From NCBI GenBank assembly GCA_020241125.1, contig GCA_020241125.1_4708.1: DNA of 64,000 bases; one strand, 5' to 3'. This DNA is from a phage. Below are positions 29,653-39,090 of the stretch, piece by piece. The notes under the pieces were generated by a model, which saw nothing but the letters and a program-made list of their open reading frames with translations, searched no databases and was not told where the DNA came from. Both the position numbers and the translations under genes were made by a program. The number at the start of each line of letters is the position of its first letter. Position 1 is the stretch's first letter.

Positions 29653-30063
29653 TCAGAAAGGAGGACGATCTTTAAATTCTAGCAACGTGTCTTCGAAGCA
29701 AGCGATAAGTTCAGACCGCAATTCGGTACGGCCTTGTTCACCGAAGAGTTCCAGCAACATTAACCCCCGAGCGGTCTTCGTAGCAACCTCTTCGCAGATG
29801 CGGAGATCGCGAACTTCATCATCGCCGACATCTTTACGTAACTGCGCTGCAATGGGCTTAAGATTACCGTTTTCATCGTGTTCGTCACGAAATGCATCAT
29901 AAGCCGCATCGATGTTCGCGATCCGTGTCAACCCTTCAGAATCCCGCCAGTCTCGATATAATCCAAGCAGACGGTTATGATTCTTCGTTTTGACGTTCGG
30001 TGCTGGAAGGTTGCGCAACAGATGTGGTGTAATCATTGCTATCACGCTATCCGAATGATCCAT
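29653..30063 (-). CDS. hypothetical protein (136 aa)
   Basis: ORF track. Confidence 0.5.
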   Translation of the reverse strand: MDHSDSVIAMITPHLLRNLPAPNVKTKNHNRLLGLYRDWRDSEGLTRIANIDAAYDAFRDEHDENGNLKPIAAQLRKDVGDDEVRDLRICEEVATKTARGLMLLELFGEQGRTELRSELIACFEDTLLEFKDRPPF

Positions 30064-30074
30064 CGTATACCTCG

Positions 30075-32243
30075 TTAGCTTTCACAGTCATCTGCGTCGA
30101 TGATTTGTCCGCCAGCAACGTTCAGTTGATGATACAGAATCCTCAACGCACGGTTACCGCCAATGGGATACTTCTCGAAGTTGGTCGCAATAGGAATCGC
30201 TGATGGCTTATCGGTCGCATAGATACTCTCAGTGATGCTATCCACCTGTTTTGGATTGTTCGCATAGTCCATAAAGACGCTCGCGAACCATCCGCCAGCA
30301 AAGGCGGTAACTTCACGATGTTCAGATTCACCGCAGTAACGAGTCGGTTGCTCTTTACCAGGAGAACTGTATTTATCGCTATTACTGAGTTTCGACGGTA
30401 ATCCATGCGCTTGCAGTTTAGGGATGCCCACCGCTGACCAGTCGTTCGCCGTCTTCTCCAACATCATGATGTACGTGTCACCGATCGCAATATCGTTCTT
30501 GGTTGTCCGCCATTGCCCAGAACGTCCACGATACCGTACAGGACCTTTCTTCAACGGGAACTCACGAATCAGATTCTCCATACGTTCTGAACCTGCTGCG
30601 ATACTGTCCGTCGGGATATAAACTTCCGTACCATGGCGTTGTACGTACCGTAAATGATCCCATTTATCCTCATCCGTGATACAGTATTTTTCAACAACCT
30701 GTTCCACGAATTCAGGACTGACGATATAGTAGTAGCGCATCAGTGTGTTCCAAGCGGTCTCCAGATCGCCTGCATCCATCACCGGTTTCAGTTCACGCAT
30801 GATCTGATCACCAACACCGTTGATGTACGGTGCGTTAACACGACTTAAACTCATCCTTTTGATTACCGTACTATCGTCGAACATGAAGTCCGCAACGTTA
30901 CCCCATTGGTCGACCGGCATTTCATCGTCTTCCATGATGTCGGTTACGACGAATTTATCACCCGCCATACCGGTGAATTTAAACCCGATACCTGGAACAA
31001 CGTCGTACGTGTATGTGATGGTCACACGCCAATCATCGAGATTCTCTTTACGGTAATCGCGGGTCGGTAACACATGACGTAGCTGTCCGTTAGGATTGCG
31101 GATATCAATACCGTGTTCAGCATCAGCCAGGTTCAACCACCACATCACCGTTTGATGATGACGTATCGGCGTACCAACGCGTTCACGTTCGTACTTACGA
31201 ACAGCATCCTGAATTCGGGTGTAAAGCAAACCAATCGCGTTCTCGTATTTCAGGAATTGACGATACGGAGGACGCATCTTCTCTTCCATCATAATCGCAC
31301 GCTCGCGGGCTTGACGTCCAGAACGACGATGTCGGTCGCTGACAACATCGATATCCGTTACACGCGCATTCGGTTCCGCGTAAGTGAGATCATCGTAAAC
31401 ATAATCCACACGCTGAAGGTTACACGTCATCATGTCAACAACGCTGAGGATAGGATCGATTTCGCGTGTTGCTGCAAGTAACCCATCCTTACGAATACGC
31501 TCACCGTTCTCGGGTATTGCTTGATATACCTCATCATCACCGTAGAGATTGATTGGGTATCGTGATTTACCTGATGTGATCGTCCGCTTCTCAATGCCGG
31601 TACTGGTGAAATGCTTCAATACACCACGACGGGCAACACCACCATCCTCGATACACTGATAGAAGCTACCGAAACACACTTTGCAATCGCGACCGTAACC
31701 CCACTCGCGCGTTTCTTGATTGATCGCTGGACTTTCCATCAAACGAGAATATCGCGGTACGATCTGGCCTCGACGAAGGGAATGGAACAAGTTGGTTGGT
31801 CGAAAACGGAAACCGTACTGCTGATGCATGATGTGATGCTCGGGCACTTCAAGCAAGCGTAGCTCGTGACGGTTACCATCCTCTTGGTTTTCATACAGCA
31901 CGTAATGCATCGTGTTTGTTTTGATGCTGTTTGCTGTATGCCCAGGTTGGAAACGTGGGATGATATCTATGATGCGAGATTCAACTGGAAACTCTACTGA
32001 CCAAGTGTTCTGTCCGTACTGGTATTCAATCCCCGTCGTTAGTCGGGACGGTTTCGCATCTTTGATAACCAACGCTTGGCTAAGATGTCCACCAAACATC
32101 GCAGCGCGCTGTGCTGAGTTATAATGCAATAGCCCGTTAAGTCCAGTCCCTACGCCAGTATACTCCTGTTTAATGGGAATGATTTTACCTTCAGCGATTG
32201 CCTGCTTCACAGATTCATAAAGAGGTTTTTCTTTATAATGCAT
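30075..32243 (-). CDS. multisubunit RNA polymerase beta-like subunit, C-terminal module (~722 aa)
   Basis: Ordered matches to bacterial beta: NSAQRAAMFGG (cf NMQRQAVP), YGQNTWSVEF (cf GQNMRVAFMPW), MAGDKFVVTDIMEDDEMPV (cf GDKMAGRHGNKG...EDMPY), GESEHREVTAFAGG (cf GEMEVWALEAYGA). Start moved to internal ATG (MHYKEKP) with AGGAAG RBS. Confidence 0.6.
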   Translation of the reverse strand: MHYKEKPLYESVKQAIAEGKIIPIKQEYTGVGTGLNGLLHYNSAQRAAMFGGHLSQALVIKDAKPSRLTTGIEYQYGQNTWSVEFPVESRIIDIIPRFQPGHTANSIKTNTMHYVLYENQEDGNRHELRLLEVPEHHIMHQQYGFRFRPTNLFHSLRRGQIVPRYSRLMESPAINQETREWGYGRDCKVCFGSFYQCIEDGGVARRGVLKHFTSTGIEKRTITSGKSRYPINLYGDDEVYQAIPENGERIRKDGLLAATREIDPILSVVDMMTCNLQRVDYVYDDLTYAEPNARVTDIDVVSDRHRRSGRQARERAIMMEEKMRPPYRQFLKYENAIGLLYTRIQDAVRKYERERVGTPIRHHQTVMWWLNLADAEHGIDIRNPNGQLRHVLPTRDYRKENLDDWRVTITYTYDVVPGIGFKFTGMAGDKFVVTDIMEDDEMPVDQWGNVADFMFDDSTVIKRMSLSRVNAPYINGVGDQIMRELKPVMDAGDLETAWNTLMRYYYIVSPEFVEQVVEKYCITDEDKWDHLRYVQRHGTEVYIPTDSIAAGSERMENLIREFPLKKGPVRYRGRSGQWRTTKNDIAIGDTYIMMLEKTANDWSAVGIPKLQAHGLPSKLSNSDKYSSPGKEQPTRYCGESEHREVTAFAGGWFASVFMDYANNPKQVDSITESIYATDKPSAIPIATNFEKYPIGGNRALRILYHQLNVAGGQIIDADDCES

Positions 32244-32274
32244 AGGACTTCCTATTATCGAATTGAGGTACGTC

Positions 32275-32628
32275 ATGTCTAACACGCCCCTGAACGACTT
32301 TCTTAAGACAAACCCCGATGACCTCATCCACGATCTTGATTTCAGGAACGTTGTTGAGATGCATCTGGAATATTTCAAAAATGCCGGACTGGTCTCTACG
32401 ATAGACATACCACCCGAACGCGCCTACGAATTCGATGGTAACTTTTATGGATTGTGTCGTGTTCTGCTTGGCGAGGGCAGTGAACCAATGCACTGGATAA
32501 CCATGAGACTCAATGGTTATCGTGACCCTACGGAATACACCGCCGATGTTCTAACCATGAAGATTGTCGATACAAGCGCAATCAACACATTAAAACAACA
32601 GTACCGCACAATCCACTACAGCGCTTAA
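32275..32628 (+). CDS. hypothetical protein (117 aa)
   Basis: Plus-strand ORF with GAGGT RBS and a terminator right after its stop. Confidence 0.45.
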   Translation: MSNTPLNDFLKTNPDDLIHDLDFRNVVEMHLEYFKNAGLVSTIDIPPERAYEFDGNFYGLCRVLLGEGSEPMHWITMRLNGYRDPTEYTADVLTMKIVDTSAINTLKQQYRTIHYSA

Positions 32629-32633
32629 GATAA

Positions 32634-32662
32634 CCCTCCCACAGCGTAAAGCGTAGGGAGGG
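32634..32662. terminator. hairpin CCCTCCC...GGGAGGG between convergent genes
   Basis: Lies between stops of 32275..32628 (+) and 32694..33974 (-). Confidence 0.5.
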
Positions 32663-32693
32663 CATTTATACCGTCGTTCGATGACTTAATACA

Positions 32694-33974
32694 TCAGAAA
32701 CGATTTACAGTACGTCCTGTCCACGCGCTCAGGATGTTGTTACGTTCCATCTCAGCACGACGACGTAAACCGTTTGGCGACTGCGGTGCTGGCGGCATCC
32801 CCCATCCAGCAGGTTGCATGCCCATGCCTGGCCAAGCAGCATTATTGAACATCGTACCGTTACGTTCCGCAACACGGTTCATCAACGCATCAAACGTGCT
32901 ATTACCTGCCGGTTGGTTACCACCACTTTCCCACTGATTAGGTTGGACAGGTGCGGTTTTACCTAACAGGTTATCGATCACACTGCCTGTTGAAGCAGGA
33001 CGCGGTTGCATACCTTCATGTGCAGCTGCTGATGGATTTGGCTTAACCGTCGGCTGCGGACGACTGTTCAGCGTTACACCCATGTTGTATTTCGCTGGCG
33101 GAATCTGACCACGATGTTGATTGATCGGTTCAAAATCCTCAACCCAAGTAACATCACAGTAGCCGTTCTCTTTACCGTCGTACTTATCACCAAACAGTTT
33201 GATGAGATTGTTCAGCGGTTCCATCAGCTTAGCGAAGCTGTGGATAAGACAATCGAAATACGGAGCATGAGGATCGCTTGACCCAGCGTTGTACGTTTCA
33301 CTTACCTCACCCGCGTGCGGGATAACGTACTCAACCAGGTTTCTCAGCATGTTAAGATCTTTCTTGGAAATCTCAACACCACACCAATACGTTTTCTTAT
33401 CTTTCGTGCTGATATGTTCTTCTTCCATGAACGGGAAAGTAACGACCGCAACGCGGGTCATCTTCTTACCCATGTAGGTTGCGCCGGTACGACGAAGATA
33501 AATTTTGGACAGCGTATACGGTGTGTCGCGTTTCAGCCAAACGGTGACCAGTTTACCCAGGGTCGTTAATGTTTTATCGCTGGCGTCCGCAAGGATGTTG
33601 AAGAACTCTTTTTGCTTCGGTCCGAAACGTTTTGCTTCTTTAGGATTGATTGCGGTTTCAACCATCCAAATCAGCATGGAGCATAGCGTGGCGTTAAAAC
33701 GAACAACCATCGCACGACGCAGGAACTGAAGTACTTCCGATTCGCCGTTCATCACGTCTTCACTTAGCGGATGGAACAGCACACGTTCAGCCAGCTGATT
33801 TCCGGTACGAACTTCAGAAACCGGCATCAGCAACGGCATGCTTTCCACGGTAGCGGCAACTGCAACAACTTTACCATCCCCATCCGTAAAACGATATTCT
33901 AATTCGTGGGCGTCATTCTCAAAATAGTTAACGCTCTGTAGTGCTTTGCGATAAGCTTCGATAAGCTTCGACAT
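32694..33974 (-). CDS. hypothetical protein (426 aa) with Gly/Pro/Gln/Met-rich low-complexity C-terminal tail
   Basis: C-terminal ~110 aa: GMQPRPASTG...GMGMQPAGWGMPPAPQSPNG. Confidence 0.55.
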   Translation of the reverse strand: MSKLIEAYRKALQSVNYFENDAHELEYRFTDGDGKVVAVAATVESMPLLMPVSEVRTGNQLAERVLFHPLSEDVMNGESEVLQFLRRAMVVRFNATLCSMLIWMVETAINPKEAKRFGPKQKEFFNILADASDKTLTTLGKLVTVWLKRDTPYTLSKIYLRRTGATYMGKKMTRVAVVTFPFMEEEHISTKDKKTYWCGVEISKKDLNMLRNLVEYVIPHAGEVSETYNAGSSDPHAPYFDCLIHSFAKLMEPLNNLIKLFGDKYDGKENGYCDVTWVEDFEPINQHRGQIPPAKYNMGVTLNSRPQPTVKPNPSAAAHEGMQPRPASTGSVIDNLLGKTAPVQPNQWESGGNQPAGNSTFDALMNRVAERNGTMFNNAAWPGMGMQPAGWGMPPAPQSPNGLRRRAEMERNNILSAWTGRTVNRF

Positions 33975-34029
33975 ATTGTATTTCCTTTTCTTTACGTCAA
34001 CGGTCCCCCTACAACAGGGGACCTATGGA

Positions 34030-35616
34030 TTAGAAGTTGCCTTTGGTAGTTACCGCATCCACCAGGTTAAACAAATCAACGCTCAGCTTATACACCTCCT
34101 GCTGGCTACGGTTGAGCAGCGGGCTGTATGCGGATGGGTTGATGTTCGGCATGGTGTACGGAATCGGTGCAGAGCCGTCAACGCTGATCTTGAACTGGCT
34201 GTCCAGGAACAGGTTAATCGCGCCGCTCACCATAACCGCATTCGGGTTGTTACCCAACATGGAGGGTAGGATATTGGTAATCATGTCAGAACGCATTTGT
34301 TCAGCAGCACGGTTACAATCGTATCCTTTAATGAACGGTACAGCGTCGGTAACCGCAACCGCCCACTGACCAGGCATGATACCGAGTTCTGGGTGACCAT
34401 GGTTGTCAGCAATGAAACGGAACGACTCCAACATGCGATACGTCATCGCAGCAGGCATCATTGCAGCAAGCGATGAGCAATACAGCGTTGGATAATCGAT
34501 CACGTCCCAGCTCTGGCTGTCGGTCGGCATCCAACCAAACTCGGTGGTTGCTGATGTACCACGACGAGCTTCCACATACGGGAATAACGTTAAGACGTCA
34601 CGGATATGTTCACCGAACATCCGTTTCATGTCAGCCCAACTCAGGCTACCGCTGAAAGCGAACCCTTCATCACGCATAATCGCACCGAATACCGGATGTG
34701 CAACCAGCGGTTCTTCACGAACAGCTTGAGCGGCTTCTACGTAAATATCCTCGTTCTCTGCGCTACCTGGATGAGACCCGCTTTCGTACGTCTGACGAAT
34801 AGCGCCAACATTATCGAAGGCTTTTCTCAGATAGATGGTTGGGATGTTCGTATCAGCACTAGCGGGTTTGATTTTCTCTGTTGCGAAACACATTGCTGCT
34901 TCCACACCACGGAAAACCGGTTCCGGTTGCGGTGGGTAGGATGTACGATGAACCACATCAGCGTAGGCTGGATCGAACTGTTGCATCACGTTCTGCATGG
35001 CTGGGTCCATGAACTGGTTATCAAAACCACCATTACCTACCCAACGTGCTGTTGATGCATAGGTCAGCGTATCCTGAACACGAGTACTGAACTGAACATC
35101 ACGATTAACGGGGTCGTATGCGCCGGTCAACAGGTTCGTTGCGTCCATCGGGGTTGCACGAACAATTTGCTTACCGAACATGTCCGTTGTGGTTGTTTCG
35201 GTTACCTGGATTACGTTCGTGAAGAAGAACACCAGTTCGTTCGGCAGATCGATAGCGCGCGTTGTAAACGCATCGAGGCTTACAGAATGGTCGGTGTATC
35301 CAGAAATGTAATGGACACGCTTGGTTCCTGGTGCGAGGGCCAAGGATTCTTCTACCGCCATCATGAAATGGAAACGACGTGTGCCCCAACCATTCGCAAT
35401 CTCCGAAACCCCCTCAGGTTCTGCAGACTGCTGCAACAAACCGGTTGCAAGCTTATTGATTGCTGATGGTGTTGTTGCCGTACCGAACCGCGTCGTGTTA
35501 ATGAAGTCTTCGATGCTACGCATGCTATCTGCGTGGAATCGTAGTGGACGACGTTGTACGTTGTTATACGGTGCGGTTTCAACCATCAGTATTTCACGAA
35601 CATTCATCGGGATCAT
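34030..35616 (-). CDS. hypothetical protein (528 aa)
   Basis: Long ORF; 2-nt gap to upstream gene suggests co-transcription. Confidence 0.55.
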   Translation of the reverse strand: MIPMNVREILMVETAPYNNVQRRPLRFHADSMRSIEDFINTTRFGTATTPSAINKLATGLLQQSAEPEGVSEIANGWGTRRFHFMMAVEESLALAPGTKRVHYISGYTDHSVSLDAFTTRAIDLPNELVFFFTNVIQVTETTTTDMFGKQIVRATPMDATNLLTGAYDPVNRDVQFSTRVQDTLTYASTARWVGNGGFDNQFMDPAMQNVMQQFDPAYADVVHRTSYPPQPEPVFRGVEAAMCFATEKIKPASADTNIPTIYLRKAFDNVGAIRQTYESGSHPGSAENEDIYVEAAQAVREEPLVAHPVFGAIMRDEGFAFSGSLSWADMKRMFGEHIRDVLTLFPYVEARRGTSATTEFGWMPTDSQSWDVIDYPTLYCSSLAAMMPAAMTYRMLESFRFIADNHGHPELGIMPGQWAVAVTDAVPFIKGYDCNRAAEQMRSDMITNILPSMLGNNPNAVMVSGAINLFLDSQFKISVDGSAPIPYTMPNINPSAYSPLLNRSQQEVYKLSVDLFNLVDAVTTKGNF

Positions 35617-35617
35617 T

Positions 35618-37204
35618 TTATTTTTTTCCTCTTAAATTTACTACGTGTTCATTTAATCGAACAACTAATTGCACAAGCTGCTGACGGATATCTGCTGGAC
35701 AAAGCATCAATCCTTTACGGTCAGCTGGGACTTTCTCAAGGATTTCCGGGCCTGCTGCTGAAACATCCCAGTCCCATTCACAAAACGCATCGGCCACCAT
35801 GTTAATACCGACAACCGGTAAAGTTGTACGTTCATCTTCATACATGGCGTGTGGATACAATTTATTGACAGTAATGATCTCCTGTGGTTTTAATTGGTGG
35901 ATAATCTGATAAACATCGTCGCGTTTGACCTGGATACCTACGGTCAGCGCGGCCAGTTGAGGAAAACCCCAATGGTCTAACAAACAAGCTGCGATCGCTA
36001 ACGCTTTTGCCTGATGCACGGCTTCAATCGGTGCCAGACTTCTCGCCGGAAGATGGCTATCAAGCAACCATTGCGCCAGTGCTCGGCATCCGCGGTTAAT
36101 TGGTTTTAACTCAACGGTGTCATCGTGTTTAGCGTACGTGTATCCGTCGTAACGTTTTGCGATACGCGCATACATGTCTTCAACTTTACCGTAAGGTGCC
36201 GTTTCGTCGACGTCGTGCAACACACGTTCCATCTGGGTAAGATACGCAATGTCGAGAATGAGTACACGTGGTGAACGTTTATCTTTCACCATCAACGCAT
36301 CAATCACGCCTTGACTGTCTTCATCTTGCGCATTCCCTCGCGGCGTTTTCTCGCGAATCGGTCCGCTGAAACGTCGTTCCGTACAAAGGTTATTCACATA
36401 GCTGAAGATCAGTGTTACTAGATGCGTACAACTCACTAACACCCCATCTTTAACGACAGGCTGTACAGCTTGGTCCAAGTCGCGTACGGCGAGACGGCGG
36501 ACGATGGCTTGTGAACGCAACCAGCCGGGCACTTTCTCCGTCGACATGTAATCCACGGTCATCGACAGCGTGATCTTTTTATCACCCGTCTGTGCGCGGA
36601 TATAGTCTTCCAGTCGGTCGTAAGCGGCGATATCATGAATGCGTGTTTTATACATCAACGACATAGCCACTTCTTCTTTACGAACCGTTCCGTACGTTTT
36701 CCCTGCGTCAATCAGAAACTCTGCCCAAATCGGCACCATCAGACGGACGTAGATCGCTAACGCCGTTAACTCAACGTAATCATTTCGTAAATAGGTTTTC
36801 TCAGGTATGTCATCCTCACCTAATGTTGTTTTCATGTCCGGTGGTAATTTTACCCAACCTGGGGTATTACACAATGCCAGAATCTCTTCGTACACAACCG
36901 GTTTGTAAATTTCACCAACAGCGCGACTCAACTCCTCCATTTGTTGTTGTGGAGCAATGTAGTTATCCATCGCTTCACGTGCTTTAACGAACCCTTCGAA
37001 GATGTCGTCAATTCGACGTGGGTTCTTTTGTTCTATCCAGGCGAGATACTTGTTAATCTCCCGCATCTGATTGCTAGCCATATCCCCATCAATCTTGATG
37101 TAACCCTGACCTGAAAATTCCACAGTACGTCCATCACGGTGTTTGATGAGATAGTGATCCAGCTTTTCTTTTCCTTGCGTCGTAATGACGGGCACTATGT
37201 GCAT
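35618..37204 (-). CDS. hypothetical protein (~528 aa; start at internal ATG with AAGAGG RBS)
   Basis: Track ORF extends to 37339, but the promoter-like motif and RBS support the ATG at 37204 (MHIVPVITTQ). Confidence 0.55.
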   Translation of the reverse strand: MHIVPVITTQGKEKLDHYLIKHRDGRTVEFSGQGYIKIDGDMASNQMREINKYLAWIEQKNPRRIDDIFEGFVKAREAMDNYIAPQQQMEELSRAVGEIYKPVVYEEILALCNTPGWVKLPPDMKTTLGEDDIPEKTYLRNDYVELTALAIYVRLMVPIWAEFLIDAGKTYGTVRKEEVAMSLMYKTRIHDIAAYDRLEDYIRAQTGDKKITLSMTVDYMSTEKVPGWLRSQAIVRRLAVRDLDQAVQPVVKDGVLVSCTHLVTLIFSYVNNLCTERRFSGPIREKTPRGNAQDEDSQGVIDALMVKDKRSPRVLILDIAYLTQMERVLHDVDETAPYGKVEDMYARIAKRYDGYTYAKHDDTVELKPINRGCRALAQWLLDSHLPARSLAPIEAVHQAKALAIAACLLDHWGFPQLAALTVGIQVKRDDVYQIIHQLKPQEIITVNKLYPHAMYEDERTTLPVVGINMVADAFCEWDWDVSAAGPEILEKVPADRKGLMLCPADIRQQLVQLVVRLNEHVVNLRGKK

Positions 37205-37257
37205 AACAACCTCTTTTCGCGGTTCCCTGTTAAAACGTCTTCTGTGACGTCTACCAC

Positions 37258-37280
37258 AAAGGTAATATAAGCGTGAATAA
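37258..37280 (-). promoter_or_regulatory. conserved promoter-like motif, copy 2 (minus sense TTATTCACGCTTATATTACCTTT)
   Basis: TATATTAC core ~58 nt upstream of ATG 37204. Confidence 0.5.
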
Positions 37281-37408
37281 TTTTGGATTCCGGCTGAGTT
37301 ATCGCTCAGCATGCAAGGCATCCCGCCGAAGCGAGACACCTTGCACTAACGGAAAATATTCGCGTTACCTTCTGAATCGAGGACTCAGAATGCGATGCTA
37401 AAGCATGA

Positions 37409-38200
37409 TTAGAACGCTAAGCCATCAAAGGCTACGGACGGATCATCGTCGTCATTTGCGCTTGGCGCATCCCAACGGGTATCAGGGGCCGCTGAAGCCG
37501 AACTTGATGCGTTAGAGTTACCGTTGTACTGGCCGTTACCAGCATTACGGTTACCGCCGCCGTTGTTATTGTTACGGTTATAGCTATTGTTGCCACCATT
37601 ACTTACGCTACGGCTTTCACCGTCGAAATTGGTTGCGAGGATGCTCGGCAACACTGCGCGATGAATACGTACAAATTCCAACGCACAAAGCGGAGAAACA
37701 ACCCCGATCTGTAAAGGTTGCCCAGACTCATCAACCAGAGCGTGGAAACGCGGTGGCTTGAATACGAATTGGATGTTCGGTTTTTGGTACGCGGTTACAG
37801 CGATATATACCGAACCATCATCGTTCTTACCAACCCATGTTGTACTTTCGGTAATCTGTTTCTTCTTACCTGGATTATTGCGATCGTCGATAACCTTTTC
37901 GTTCTTCATCGCAAAACGTTGGCCTGGCTTACCCTTAGCAACCTGCTCGAGGATCGCAAGCAGGTTATAGAACGCGTATGAACTCATGCGTGCCCAAATG
38001 CTTTCGGCGCGACCCTGCTGGTCTTTACGACCTGTATAAACCGTGATGCGCGGTTGATTCTTAGCAACGCTAATTTTCAATGAGGGGATTGAATTACCGC
38101 CCTCAACCTTTTCGTCCGCCCACAGTTTCCAGTTGTTGTCGTCATACGCTGTAGGAATAATGTTTCCTTGTGGTTTACTGCCCGAATTCCAATTGCTCAT
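37409..38200 (-). CDS. putative single-stranded DNA-binding protein (SSB-like architecture, 263 aa)
   Basis: Folded N-terminal ~200 aa, Gly/Asn-rich linker (SNGGNNSYNRNNNNGGGNRNAGNGQYNGNSN), acidic tip ANDDDDPSVAFDGLAF, as in bacterial SSB (DDDIPF). Confidence 0.4.
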   Translation of the reverse strand: MSNWNSGSKPQGNIIPTAYDDNNWKLWADEKVEGGNSIPSLKISVAKNQPRITVYTGRKDQQGRAESIWARMSSYAFYNLLAILEQVAKGKPGQRFAMKNEKVIDDRNNPGKKKQITESTTWVGKNDDGSVYIAVTAYQKPNIQFVFKPPRFHALVDESGQPLQIGVVSPLCALEFVRIHRAVLPSILATNFDGESRSVSNGGNNSYNRNNNNGGGNRNAGNGQYNGNSNASSSASAAPDTRWDAPSANDDDDPSVAFDGLAF

Positions 38201-38273
38201 TTTCAGCCTCGTTACGTAGTGTGAATCAATTTCTGGTTCAGATGATAGTCAATATTAGTTAAAAATTACAGCC

Positions 38274-39071
38274 TCAGCGGAACATGTCCAACAGAAAACG
38301 TTTTGCGAAGGGGTCACGTAACTGGTTGACACCAAAGCGTGTACGGTCTTCCGTTGTTAATGGATTCCACTGACTCTGTTTCGCAAGATCTAACAGCATC
38401 CTTTTTATTTTCACCGGCCCGCTATTGAACTGTACGGCTTGGTCACCGAACGTTCCCAATGTCATCTTTGTAAATGGAAGGTTCGCAACCTCTGGACGAT
38501 CCCCACCAGTAAGTTTGGTCGACCACTGATGTTTTCGTTTCAAGGTTCCGGTATGGCTCTCCACCAAAATAAGTTCACCAAAACCGGTTCTTGCCAACAA
38601 GTCAGAAACATAGTGCGTGGTGATATACGATGTCTTGGTTATCGTGGGTAATTTACAATCCATCGATTCGATATTAGGGAGTCGATCTACAGACGCCATC
38701 AACCCACGATAAAGTGTAGCGAGTCCTTTTTGTTTTTCGGTGTGTGGCTCCTTATGTATAGCGTGCGGATAAACACGCTTTATTGACGCATAGGTTGGCG
38801 CATATATCCGCAAACGAATATGGGGAATGAGTTCATTCACCAACTGCCTTAGCTGCAGTAACTCGTTTTGAAAATCCCCTGTTATCATCGATAACGGTAA
38901 TTTATGTTGTTCAACGTCTTCAAAGCTTTCAACGAAATTGCGTGCTAAAGTACGCAGGTTGAACAACCAATCCATCGGTGTTTCTGGCTGTTGCTGTACT
39001 GCTGATAGTGTTGCTGACGTCCCTACCGATAAAGGATAATCACCTAACGTGCGGGCGTACATATTGCTCAT
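38274..39071 (-). CDS. hypothetical protein (~265 aa; start at MSNMY with AAGGAG RBS)
   Basis: ORF track 38274..39107; RBS favours internal ATG. Confidence 0.5.
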   Translation of the reverse strand: MSNMYARTLGDYPLSVGTSATLSAVQQQPETPMDWLFNLRTLARNFVESFEDVEQHKLPLSMITGDFQNELLQLRQLVNELIPHIRLRIYAPTYASIKRVYPHAIHKEPHTEKQKGLATLYRGLMASVDRLPNIESMDCKLPTITKTSYITTHYVSDLLARTGFGELILVESHTGTLKRKHQWSTKLTGGDRPEVANLPFTKMTLGTFGDQAVQFNSGPVKIKRMLLDLAKQSQWNPLTTEDRTRFGVNQLRDPFAKRFLLDMFR

Positions 39072-39090
39072 ACCCCACAACTCCTTCTTA

